Notes under the pieces: model-generated
What the model saw: the letters and a program-made list of their open reading frames with translations, nothing else
Told to the model about the DNA's origin: nothing
Databases searched by the model: none
Made by a program: the position numbers and the translations under genes
NCBI GenBank assembly: GCA_963827475.1
Contig: CAWHAZ010000005.1
Coordinates: 320,001-384,000 of the forward strand
From: an uncultured Chloroflexia bacterium
Lineage (GTDB): Bacteria; Chloroflexota; Limnocylindria; QHBO01
DNA: 64,000 nucleotides
Direction: 5' to 3'
Part shown: positions 51,824 to 61,785 of the stretch, piece after piece
Position numbering within the stretch: position 1 is the first letter of the stretch
Layout: every line of letters begins with the position of its first letter

Positions 51824-52557
51824 CCAGCACCATCACCGTCCTCGGCGATCCGGACGAGGTCGCCCACGCCGCCGCCGATGCCTTCATCGAGGCGGCCAGG
51901 ACGTCAACTGCCGCGCGCGGACGGTTCTTCGTCGCGCTTCCCGGTGGTCGAACCCCGCTGCCCACCTTCGAGCTGCTGGCCGGCGAACCGCACCGCTCCC
52001 GCGTTCCGTGGGATCGGGTCGAGCTGTACTGGGCCGACGAGCGGGCGGTCGGGCCTGACGATCCGAAGTCGAACTACCGCTCGGCCCGCGAGGCCTGGCT
52101 GGACCGCATCCCGGAGCTGTCCCCTCATCGGGTGCATCGGATGATGGCCGAGGCCGTCGACCTCGACACCGCCGCCCGCCACTACGAGGCCGAGCTCCGC
52201 CAGGAGGTGCCGGCCGGACCCGACGGGGTGCCGATCTTCGACCTCATCTGGCTGGGGATGGGAGCCGATGGGCACACCGCCTCCCTGTGTCCCAACGACG
52301 GCGCGCTGGCGGTGACCGACCGCCTGGTGGTCGCGACCTGGCCGGCCGGGTACGACACGGAGCGGCTCACGCTGACCTATCCGGTGCTCAACGCCGCCCG
52401 CCAGGTCCTGTTCGTCGTGACCGGGGCCGACAAGGCGGCCACCGTGGCCGCCGTCCGCGCCGGCGCGGATCTCCCCGCCGCACAGGTGCAGGCCGCCGAC
52501 ACCAGGTGGCTGCTCGACAGGGCCGCTGCCGGGGTGGAGTCGGCCCAGCCGGCGTGA
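51820..52557 (+). CDS. pgl: 6-phosphogluconolactonase
   Basis: GG.TP, DER.V, SNY, LGMG.DGHTASL and R.TLT.P motifs. Confidence 0.92.
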   Translation: MTSTITVLGDPDEVAHAAADAFIEAARTSTAARGRFFVALPGGRTPLPTFELLAGEPHRSRVPWDRVELYWADERAVGPDDPKSNYRSAREAWLDRIPELSPHRVHRMMAEAVDLDTAARHYEAELRQEVPAGPDGVPIFDLIWLGMGADGHTASLCPNDGALAVTDRLVVATWPAGYDTERLTLTYPVLNAARQVLFVVTGADKAATVAAVRAGADLPAAQVQAADTRWLLDRAAAGVESAQPA

Positions 52558-52814
52558 GCACCGCCTTCCTGGTCGCTGCCCTGGTGGCCGGCGCCGCGGG
52601 CGCGGTCATCGGGCTGCCCGCCTGGCGAAGCTGGCAGGCGCGGGCGGCCGCGGACCGGAACACGGAGCGCTATCTCGCCTGGCGCGGCCGCGCCGATCGG
52701 TCCGCGCCGAGCGCCCAGCAGATGACTCCCGCCGAACGGCGCCGGATCGCGGTCGGTGCCGCGTTCGCGGTGGTGGCCATCATCTGCCTGGTCATCGGTC
52801 TGACGACCGCCTGA
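52554..52814 (+). CDS. Small membrane protein
   Basis: GTGA overlap with the pgl stop; two hydrophobic helices flank RYLAWRG. Confidence 0.6.
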   Translation: MSTAFLVAALVAGAAGAVIGLPAWRSWQARAAADRNTERYLAWRGRADRSAPSAQQMTPAERRRIAVGAAFAVVAIICLVIGLTTA

Positions 52815-52835
52815 CCGGCTGCCGAGGACGGACCG

Positions 52836-53200
52836 ATGCGAGTGGAGCTGCTCTTCTGGGACGCCGACCCGGAGTACATGACCGCCCGCCAGCGGCTGGT
52901 CGAGGTCCTGATCGAGGACGCGTTCGAGACGCCGATCCAGATGATCGCGGTCAGCACCGCGGAGGACGCCGAGTTCCTCGCCCTCCCGGGCTCGCCGACG
53001 ATCCGGCTTGACGGCGCGGACATCGATCCGGACGGCGCGGGCGAGGTCGGGCTGTACCTGCGGACCTACCCCGCCGGCGCCGACGAGCCGCCGCAGCGCT
53101 CGCCCTCGAAGGCCCTCATCCGGGCGGCGGTCGACCGGGCACGGGGCTGGAGCCACGGTCGACGAGAGGAGCCGGCTCCGAACCAGCGGAGGATGCCGGC
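52836..53200 (+). CDS. Thioredoxin-like (DF / alkylmercury-lyase-associated family) protein lacking Cys; 3' end uncertain
   Basis: M.VELL......P and GSPTIRLDG.D motifs; reads in frame into the next gene. Confidence 0.55.
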
Positions 53201-53219
53201 CCGGGTTAGACTCGCCGGC

Positions 53220-53615
53220 ATGTCCGCCGCCAAGCGGCCGAGCACCTCCAGCCTGCGCCGCTTCGTCAGCTCCCGACCGTACGTCCCGGTGGCCGAGCTG
53301 CGCCGTCGATTCGGGCTCGACGAGCCGGACGCCATGGTCCGCATCGCGCGGAATGGCACGTCGGCGTTCATCGGTCTGCCCGCTCGCGAAGCGACCAAGC
53401 TCGAGGAGCTGTGGGCCCGCGACGAGCTCGGCGTGGAGATCTCGGTCGACGTCCATGCCCCGGTCGTGATCGGCGTCTATCCGATGCGCATCGCCCGCTA
53501 CCTCGACCACGGGCCGGTGAACGGCCAGGGTCCGAACGGGGCGGGCGACGTCGACCAGGCTCCCGAGCAGCCGCACGAGGACGCTCCCGTCATCCTCGAT
53601 CCCACCGACGCCTGA
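53220..53615 (+). CDS. Hypothetical protein, possible winged helix (probably a separate leaderless gene)
   Basis: TAGACT seven nt before ATG 53220; sequence LRRFV...PYV.VAELRRRFG. Confidence 0.5.
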   Translation: MSAAKRPSTSSLRRFVSSRPYVPVAELRRRFGLDEPDAMVRIARNGTSAFIGLPAREATKLEELWARDELGVEISVDVHAPVVIGVYPMRIARYLDHGPVNGQGPNGAGDVDQAPEQPHEDAPVILDPTDA

Positions 53616-53619
53616 ACCG

Positions 53620-54093
53620 ATGGGCCCTCCGGGCCCCCGTGTCGTGGCGCTCGTTCCGGACCTCATCGCGGCTTCGCGGATCGAGAGCGCGACCACGGCG
53701 GCAGGGGGCACGTTCACCCGGATCGACGCGATCGATGATCTTCCGGCCTCGAACGCCGTCGACCTGCTGGTCGTGGACTGGGGCGCTCGTCGGCCCGGTT
53801 GGGACGCAGCCATCGCCGGCTGGCGCGGCGGCGAGGGCGATGCGCCGCCCGAGGTCATCCTGTTCGGCCCGCACACGGACCTCGCCGCCCATGCCGATGC
53901 CCGTGCCGCCGGCCTGGGCCCGATGCGAGCCCGCTCGGCGTTCTTCTCGAGCCTCCCCGACCTGCTGGCGGTTGACCGAGCGTCTGCTGGCCGGCGCCGC
54001 GCCCTGCCCGCGTGCCGTTGCCTCTGTCAACGATTTCTGTGTGGATTTCGGTTTGGTCATGGATTGGTGAAGTCCGGCGCGGATCGGAGTTGA
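53620..54093 (+). CDS. Degenerate receiver-like domain protein; 3' end uncertain
   Basis: VVALV.DL...SRI, LLVVD and FGPH.D.......AG...RS.F...LP.LL pattern. Confidence 0.55.
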   Translation: MGPPGPRVVALVPDLIAASRIESATTAAGGTFTRIDAIDDLPASNAVDLLVVDWGARRPGWDAAIAGWRGGEGDAPPEVILFGPHTDLAAHADARAAGLGPMRARSAFFSSLPDLLAVDRASAGRRRALPACRCLCQRFLCGFRFGHGLVKSGADRS

Positions 54094-54118
54094 CTGGAGA
54101 GTTCCGGCAGCGTAGGGT
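54090..54118 (+). promoter_or_regulatory. Sigma70-type promoter for the giant surface-protein gene
   Basis: TTGACT (54090-54095), 17-nt spacer, TAGGGT (54113-54118). Confidence 0.6.
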
Positions 54119-54340
54119 GGCGCTCCCGAGGGATCCGGCCCCAGTTGGCCGTCCTCGGGTATCGGCGCGAGAGCGCCCAAATACAGTCCATGCCTCGCCC
54201 GGCATCGACATCCATCTGGTCTCATCCCTTCCTCTGCCGGCCCCATCGGCCGAGAAAGGGCATGAGCATCGGCGGAAGCCGGCGCGTGTCCCATCCCTGT
54301 CCAACGTTATCGCCCACCGGGGTTCAGGAGGCTCAGACCG

Positions 54341-57300
54341 ATGACCAGCGCCAGTCCCAGCACCCAGCCAATTCATCCAGCTGTCCTCCACGCGCAGATG
54401 CAGGCACGGATGGACGAGCTCTCGGCACGAAAGATTGAGCGGGAAGCGGCTCGCGCCGCGCGCCGACGTCCCCGACGCCGCACACGGCGGGTCGTCCCGG
54501 TCTTTGCGGCGACCCTGGCGATGCTGTTGGGTGTCGCGTCTGTGCTCGCGGTATGGGACTTGGGGATCTTCGAGCTGGATCGGAACGCCGTCGATAACCT
54601 GGCGACGACGTCAGATGATTGGAACACGCTTCAAGGCGGTGGCGGGGAGGCCCAAGAGTTCACCGGCATCCTGGCCGATATCGGCGCAGACGGCGGGACG
54701 CAGTTCCAAGGCGGAGGCTCCAAGGACGATGAGGACATCACCGAGTGGCTGTGGAAGCCTGGTGAGCCGCTCGACAAGGACGACATTACCAATGCCTATG
54801 CCGCTGCATATGTCAACACCGTCGATACGACGAACCACGACATCGGCGATCTGATCATCTACTTCGGCCTCGACCGGTTCGACAACAACGGCTCGGCCCA
54901 GGTCGGGTTCTGGTTCCTCCAGAGCGCGATCGGACTGACCAATATCCCAAGGGGGGGTGGATTCGAGTTCAGTGGCGCCCACACCGATGGCGACATCCTG
55001 GTGCAGAGCAACTTCAGCAACGGCGGTGTGATTTCCAGCATCAGCGTCTTCAGGTGGAGCGCGGCGCTCTCGACCCGGTCCTGACGGCTGCGGACTGCAT
55101 CCCTGGCGTGGCAGACACCCTGGCGTGCGGGACCGTGAATCAGGCCGACACCGTGTCGCCCTGGCCGTACACGCCGAAGTCCGGCCCTGCTGGGACCTTC
55201 GGGCCGAGCGCCTTCTTCGAGGGCGGGCTCAACATCTCGGCCCTCGTTCCCGACGCGGGATGCTTCACCGGATTCCTCGCGGAGACCCGGACATCCACCC
55301 CGTTCGACGCTCGCCTCAAGGACTTCGTCCTCGGCGAGTTCGATCTGTGCGAGATCGAGGTCTCCAAGACGGGCGACGAGCTCTCCAAGGTCGGGGATGA
55401 CGTCGATTACACGATCACGATCGAGAACACCGGCGCCTTGACCGTGTGGAAGGACGACATCAGCGACACCGTCTTCGGTGACTTGGTCGTGAATGGCGTC
55501 AACCAGGCCGATCCGAACACCTGGACCGACTTCAACTTCGCCACCGCCGATCCGTGCGGTGCGAGCCTGCTGCCAGGTGAGGACTGCACCATTGAGGTCA
55601 CGCGAACGGTGCAGGAGGGCGATGACGATCCCCTGCCGAATACCGTGACTGCTACCTACCGCGGTCATGCCGACCTGTCCGGGACGGCCGTTTCCGAGTC
55701 AGATGACCACGAAGTGGACCTGTTCCAGCCGGGAGTCGACATCACCAAGGACGGCACCGCCGTCTCGAAGGTGGGTGACGAGGTCACCTACGACTACACC
55801 ATCGAGAACACCGGCAGCGCCGACAGCCCGAACCTGATCCTCGATTCCCTGATGGATACCGGGGACAACAACGGTGGGGCTGGGTCTCGGTGACCTGACC
55901 GCCCTGGCCGGCTACGACACCGACTGTGACGAGCTGGCTCCGGGAGACATCTGCACCTTCTCGATCACCTACACCGTCCAGGACGGCGATGACGACCCGC
56001 TGAACAACACCGTCACCGCCCACTACCACCCGGACGGCTTCCTGAACGACATCACCGACGAGGACAGCCACGAAGTGGACCTGTTCCAGCCGGGAGTCGA
56101 CATCACCAAGGACGGCACCGCCGTCTCGAAGGTGGGTGACGAGGTCACCTACGACTACACCATCGAGAACACCGGCAGCGCCGACAGCCCGAACCTGATC
56201 CTCGATTCCCTGATGGATACCGGGGACAACAACCTCGGGGCTGGGCTCGGTGACCTGACCGCCCTGGCCGGCTACGACACCGACTGTGACGAGCTGGCTC
56301 CGGGAGACATCTGCACCTTCTCGATCACCTACACCGTCCAGGACGGCGATGACGACCCGCTGAACAACACCGTCACCGCCCACTACCACCCGGACGGCTT
56401 CCTGAACGACATCACCGACGAGGACAGCCACGAAGTGGACCTGTTCCAGCCGGGAGTCGACATCACCAAGGACGGCACCGCCGTCTCGAAGGTGGGTGAC
56501 GAGGTCACCTACGACTACACCATCGAGAACACCGGCAGCGCCGACAGCCCGAACCTGATCCTCGATTCCCTGATGGATACCGGGGACAACAACCTCGGGG
56601 CTGGGCTCGGTGACCTGACCGCCCTGGCCGGCTACGACACCGACTGTGACGAGCTGGCTCCGGGAGACATCTGCACCTTCTCGATCACCTACACCGTCCA
56701 GGACGGCGATGACGACCCGCTGAACAACACCGTCACCGCCCACTACCACCCGGACGGCTTCCTGAACGACATCACCGACGAGGACAGCCACGAAGTGGAC
56801 CTGTTCCAGCCGGGAGTCGACATCACCAAGGACGGCACCGCCGTCTCGAAGGTGGGTGACGAGGTCACCTACGACTACACCATCGAGAACACCGGCAGCG
56901 CCGACAGCCCGAACCTGATCCTCGATTCCCTGATGGATACCGGGGACAACAACCTCGGGGCTGGGCTCGGTGACCTGACCGCCCTGGCCGGCTACGACAC
57001 CGACTGTGACGAGCTGGCTCCGGGAGACATCTGCACCTTCTCGATCACCTACACCGTCCAGGACGGCGATGACGACCCGCTGAACAACACCGTCACCGCC
57101 CACTACCACCCGGACGGCTTCCTGAACGACATCACCGACGAGGACAGCCACGAAGTGGACCTGTTCCAGCCGGGAGTCGACATCACCAAGGACGGCACCG
57201 CCGTCTCGAAGGTGGGTGACGAGGTCACCTACGACTACACCATCGAGAACACCGGCAGCGCCGACAGCCCGAACCTGATCCTCGATTCCCTGATGGATAC

Positions 57301-59353
57301 CGGGGACAACAACCTCGGGGCTGGGCTCGGTGACCTGACCGCCCTGACCGGCTACGACACCGACTGTGACGAGCTGGCTCCGGGAGACATCTGCACCTTC
57401 TCGATCACCTACACCGTCCAGGACGGCGATGACGACCCGCTGAACAACACCGTCACCGCCCACTACCACCCGGACGGCTTCCTGAACGACATCACCGACG
57501 AGGACAGCCACGAAGTGGACCTGTTCCAGCCGTCGGTGACCGTCGACAAGAGCGGGACCGCGGTCAGCAAGGTCGGTGACGACGTCATCTACACCTACCT
57601 GATCACCAACACCAGCGTGGCCGGCAGCCCGAACCTGATCCTCGACAGCATCATGGACACCGGCGACAACAACGGTGGAGCGGGTCTCGGTGACCTGACC
57701 CTGCTGGCCGGCTACGACACCGACTGTGACGAGCTCGCCCCCGGCGAGTTCTGCACGTTCGACATCACCTACACCGTCCTAGAGGGCGACGACGACCCGC
57801 TGAATAACGAGGTCGACGTCGACTACCACCCGGACGGCTTCACCAACAACATCAGCGACCAGGACGACCACGAGGTCGATCTGTTCCAGCCATCGGTGAC
57901 CGTCGACAAGAGCGGGACCGCGGTCAGCAAGGTCGGTGACGACGTCACCTACACTTACCTGATCACGAACACCAGCTCGCTCGACACCCCGAACCTGCTG
58001 CTCGACAGCATCATGGACACCGGGGACAACAACAACGGGGCTGGGCTCGGCGACCTGACGGCCTACGCAACCTACGATCCCGACTGTGACGAGCTCGCGC
58101 CCGGCGAGTGGTGCACGTTCGACATCACCTACACCGTCCTGGAGGGCGACGACGACCCGCTGAATAACGAGGTCGACGTCGACTACCACCCCGAGGGCTT
58201 CGAGAACAACATCAGCGACCAGGATGACCACGAGGTCGAGCTGGCCCAGCCGGGGGTGACCGTCGACAAGACGGGTACCACTGTCTCCAAGGTGGGTGAC
58301 CTGGTCACCTACACCTACACCATCACCAACACTGGCTCAGCCGACACCCCGAACCTGATCCTCGATTCGATCATGGACACCGGCGACAACAACGGTGGCC
58401 TCGGGCTCGGCGACCTGACCCTCCTGGCCGGCTACGACCCCGACTGTGACGAGCTGGCACCGGGAGACGTCTGCACGTTCGACATCGAGTACACCGTCCT
58501 CGCGGGCGACGCTGACCCGCTGAATAACGAGGTCGACGTCGACTACCACCCGTTTGGCTTCACGAACAACATCAGCGACCAGGACACTCACGAGGTGGAG
58601 CTGTTCCAGCCGTTGGTTGAGGTCATCAAGGGCGGGCCGACCGAGGCCGCCGTGGGTGATCTGGTCACCTACACCTTTACCATCAACAACACCAGCTCGG
58701 CCGATAGCCCGGACCTGATTCTCGTCAGCGTCACAGACACAGTCCTCGGCGATATCACTGCCGCGGCTGCAGCTGGAGGCTGCGGGACCCTCGCGCCAGC
58801 AGGATCCTGCAACTTCACCTCCGATTACACGATCCAGGCTTCGGACCCGAATCCCCTCGTCAACGTGGTAACTGTTCACTACAACCCGGAGGGCTTCCCG
58901 AACGACGTCACTGACGACGACGACCACTCCCTGGAAATCGTCTCTGTCGGAGAGGGCTGCACGCCTGGCTTCTGGCAGGGCGGCTTCGGCATCCAGCTAT
59001 GGAACCAGGCGAACGATCCGGACTGGGCCGCGAACGGTGGCGCCGGCACGAATCCGTTCGTGACCACTGACTTGTTCAATACAGGCCCGTGGGTCGACTC
59101 AGGCAACGCCACGGTCGACAACATGACGATGGTTCAGATCGTCGGGTCCGGCGGGACGAACAGCTGGCCGCGGAAGGCCGCGCGTGACCTGATCGCCGCG
59201 TACCTGAACGCCTCGTTCGGCCTGGACTACCCGGCCACCACGGCCGAGATCCTCGCCGACTGGAGTACCGCAGTGGCGGGTGGAACGAACGGCTTCAAGA
59301 CGTTCCACACGAAGTACGACGCGTTCAACAACCTTGGATGCGCGATCCCTTAG
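54341..59353 (+). CDS. Giant secreted/surface protein with tandem DUF11-like Ig domains; frameshifts near 55060 and 55875
   Basis: AGGAGG RBS; basic N-terminus plus hydrophobic signal; N-terminal globular domain; about ten K.....VGD.V.Y...I.NTG repeats; C-terminal GCTPGFW...AAYLN domain. Confidence 0.8.
55708..58924 (+). repeat. Intragenic 360-bp (120-aa) tandem repeat: five near-identical plus four diverged units
   Basis: Units start at 55708, 56069, 56429, 56789, 57149, 57509, 57869, 58229 and 58589. Units 2-4 look identical; unit 5 has one substitution (57347). Confidence 0.95.
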
Positions 59354-59371
59354 CGACGACTTCGGTCGCGA

Positions 59372-59405
59372 GAAGGGCCCGGCTTCGGCCGGGCCCTTTC
59401 GCTTT
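59372..59405. terminator. Intrinsic terminator, likely bidirectional, between convergent genes
   Basis: AAGGGCCCGGC-TTCG-GCCGGGCCCTT stem followed by TCGCTTT. Confidence 0.85.
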
Positions 59406-59421
59406 CCCGCCGGCCTGTTAC

Positions 59422-60850
59422 CTATGCCCGTCGGACGGTGGCCTGCTGACCCTCGGGCGTGTCGCGGACCTCGACGCCGAGGGCGGCGAGCTCGTCGCGC
59501 AGCGCGTCGGAGGTGGCGTAGTCGTGCGCCGCTCGCGCCGCAGCCCGCCGGTCGAGGAGCTCGGCGGCACCCTCGGGAAGCTCCGCTTCCTCGGCGGGCG
59601 TCGGCGCGTCGAGGCCCAGCCCGAACACGCGGTCGAAGTCGAGCAGGAGCGCGCGGCGCTGCGGCGCCGACAGGTCATCGGCGCCGGCCACGGCGTGGGC
59701 CACCGCCAGGGCCGCGGGCAGGCCGAGGTCCTCGCTGATCGCCGTCACGAATCGGTCTCGATACGCCGCCATCGGCTCCGCCTGCGAGGTCCACCGCGCC
59801 GCCATCGGTCTCGCCGGCCGGTCCGTCCGGCCCGCCGACCGCCCGGCGCAGCCGAGCCAGCCCCGATGCGGCGGCGTGCATCGCGGCCTCGGTGAAGTCG
59901 AGCTTGGACCGGTAGTGGGCGGTCAGCGCCAGGTAGCGGAAGACGAGCGGCTCGAATCCCTTCTCGGGCAGGTCGCTGACCCGGATGATGTTGCCCGCGC
60001 TCTTCGCCATCTTCGCGTCGGCCAGGGTCAGGAACTCGCCGTGCATCCACAGCGAGATCACCTGGTGCCCGGTGGCCCCGTCCGACTGGGCGATCTCGTC
60101 CTCGTGGTGGGGGAACTTCAGGTCGATGCCGCCGGTGTGGATGTCGAATCGGTCCCCGAGATACTTCATGCTCATGACCGAGCACTCGATGTGCCAGCCG
60201 GGGAAGCCCTCGCCCCACGGGGAGGGCCAGTGCATGAGGCGGCCCTCGTCGGCCGCCTTCCACAGGGCGAAGTCGGCCGGATCCCGCTTGTCGGTCTCCA
60301 CCTCGACCCGGGTCCCGGCCCGGGTGGCCTCCACCCGCTGCCCCGAGAGCTGCCCGTAGGCCGGGAAGGCGCTGACGTCGAAGTACACCGTCCCGTCGAC
60401 CTCGTAGGCCAGGCCCTTGTCGAGGAGGACCTGGATCATGGCCAGCATCTCGGCGATGTGGTCGGTCGCCCGCGGCATCTCGTCGGCCGGCCGGATGTTG
60501 ATCAGCGCCTCGTCGGCCAGCCAGGCATCGGTGTAGAACTGCGCGATCTCGGCTGGCGACTTCCCCTCCTCCAGCGCGGCCAGCACCATCCGGTCCTCGC
60601 CGGAATCGGTCTGGTCGTCGCGCATGTGGCCGACATCGGTGATGTTCTTGACGTAGGTGACCTCGTAGCCGAGGTAGTCCAGGGTTCGCCGCAGGAGGTC
60701 GCCGAACAGGTAGGTCCGCAGGTTCCCGATGTGGGCGTAGCGGTACACCGTGCTGCCGCAGGTGTAGATACCGATGCGACCCGGCGTGACCGGCTCGAGG
60801 GTCTCGACCTGGCGGGTCAGCGTGTTGTAGAGGCGGACAGGCGTCGGCAT
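59422..60850 (-). CDS. cysS: Cysteine--tRNA ligase; frameshift near 59805
   Basis: YTCG.TVY, HIGN, DFALWK, PGWHIECS, DIH.GG.DL.FPHH..E and KMAKS motifs; anticodon domain in the shifted frame. Confidence 0.95.
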
Positions 60851-60859
60851 GCGGCAGGC

Positions 60860-61105
60860 TCAGTGCGCCGTCGTCTTGCTCGTCGGCTGCGCTCCCCGGG
60901 AGGCGGCGACGAGCGTCTTGCCCAGCGCATCGGCGATCGCTTTGGCGAGGTTCGAGCTCATCCGGATCCGGCCCACGACCTCCCGGGGGTCCTCGTGGGG
61001 CCCGGGCTCGCCGGTCGGCTCGGATCGGGTCAGGGTCACGGTCACGCCGTAGCGGCCGGCGGTCACCGAGAAGCCGTCGGCGTAGATGTCTGGATAGTCG
61101 GCCAT
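60860..61105 (-). CDS. Small hypothetical protein (DUF3467-like)
   Basis: IYADGF.V...V..RIRMS...AK pattern; directly upstream of cysS. Confidence 0.6.
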   Translation of the reverse strand: MADYPDIYADGFSVTAGRYGVTVTLTRSEPTGEPGPHEDPREVVGRIRMSSNLAKAIADALGKTLVAASRGAQPTSKTTAH

Positions 61106-61176
61106 TGCCTTTGCATTACCTCACGTGCTGGGACCCGAAAGGGTAGCCCAGCCGAGATCCGATCTACCATGAGTCG

Positions 61177-61770
61177 ATGCCGGAACGGGACGCGAGCACG
61201 ACCTACCCGTTGACCCTGGGCGAGGAGCCCGAGTTCTGCCCAGCCTGCGGCCAGCCCGTCGTCCAGCGGGTGCTCGAGGAGGACCACCGCCCGCGGCTGG
61301 TGTGCCCCGACGGCCACGTCACCTGGCGCAACCCGCGGCTGGTGGTCGGGACCCTGCCGATGCGGGACGGGCAGGTGTTCCTCGCGCGGCGGGGGATCGA
61401 GCCGGGGCTCGGCCTGTGGAGCTATCCCGGCGGCTACCTCGAGGTCGGAGAGTCCGCGCAGGAGGGAGCGCGTCGCGAGACGGAGGAGGAGACGCTGCTC
61501 CGGGTCGAGATCGGGCGCCTGGTCGGTGCCTACTCGCGGCCGATGGGCGCGGTCGTGACCCTGATCTACGAGGCCGAGGTCGTTGGCGGGGAGCCGCTGC
61601 CCGGGGTCGAGACGACCGAGGTTCGCGGGTTCGGGCCGGACGACATCCCGTGGGACGAGCTGGCGTTCAGCACGACCGAGTCCTGCCTCCGAGACTGGGT
61701 GCGGACGCAGCCCGGGCACGAGCCGAAGCACGAGCCGGAGCTGTACGTGATCGGAGACCCGGAGCCCTAG
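61177..61770 (+). CDS. NUDIX hydrolase with N-terminal zinc ribbon
   Basis: FCPACG...C..GH; Nudix box GG.LE.GES...GA.RET.EET. Confidence 0.88.
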   Translation: MPERDASTTYPLTLGEEPEFCPACGQPVVQRVLEEDHRPRLVCPDGHVTWRNPRLVVGTLPMRDGQVFLARRGIEPGLGLWSYPGGYLEVGESAQEGARRETEEETLLRVEIGRLVGAYSRPMGAVVTLIYEAEVVGGEPLPGVETTEVRGFGPDDIPWDELAFSTTESCLRDWVRTQPGHEPKHEPELYVIGDPEP

Positions 61771-61785
61771 CCGGGCTGCCCGCGC

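Noticed and set aside
52836-53200. Selenoprotein
   Set aside because: No in-frame TGA at the expected Cys/Sec positions.
54036-54048. DnaA box (TGTGGATTT) upstream of the surface-protein promoter
   Set aside because: A single two-mismatch copy, which is not significant.
55708-58924. CRISPR array or mobile-element repeat
   Set aside because: The 360-bp units are in-frame coding repeats with no spacers, and no cas or transposase genes are present.
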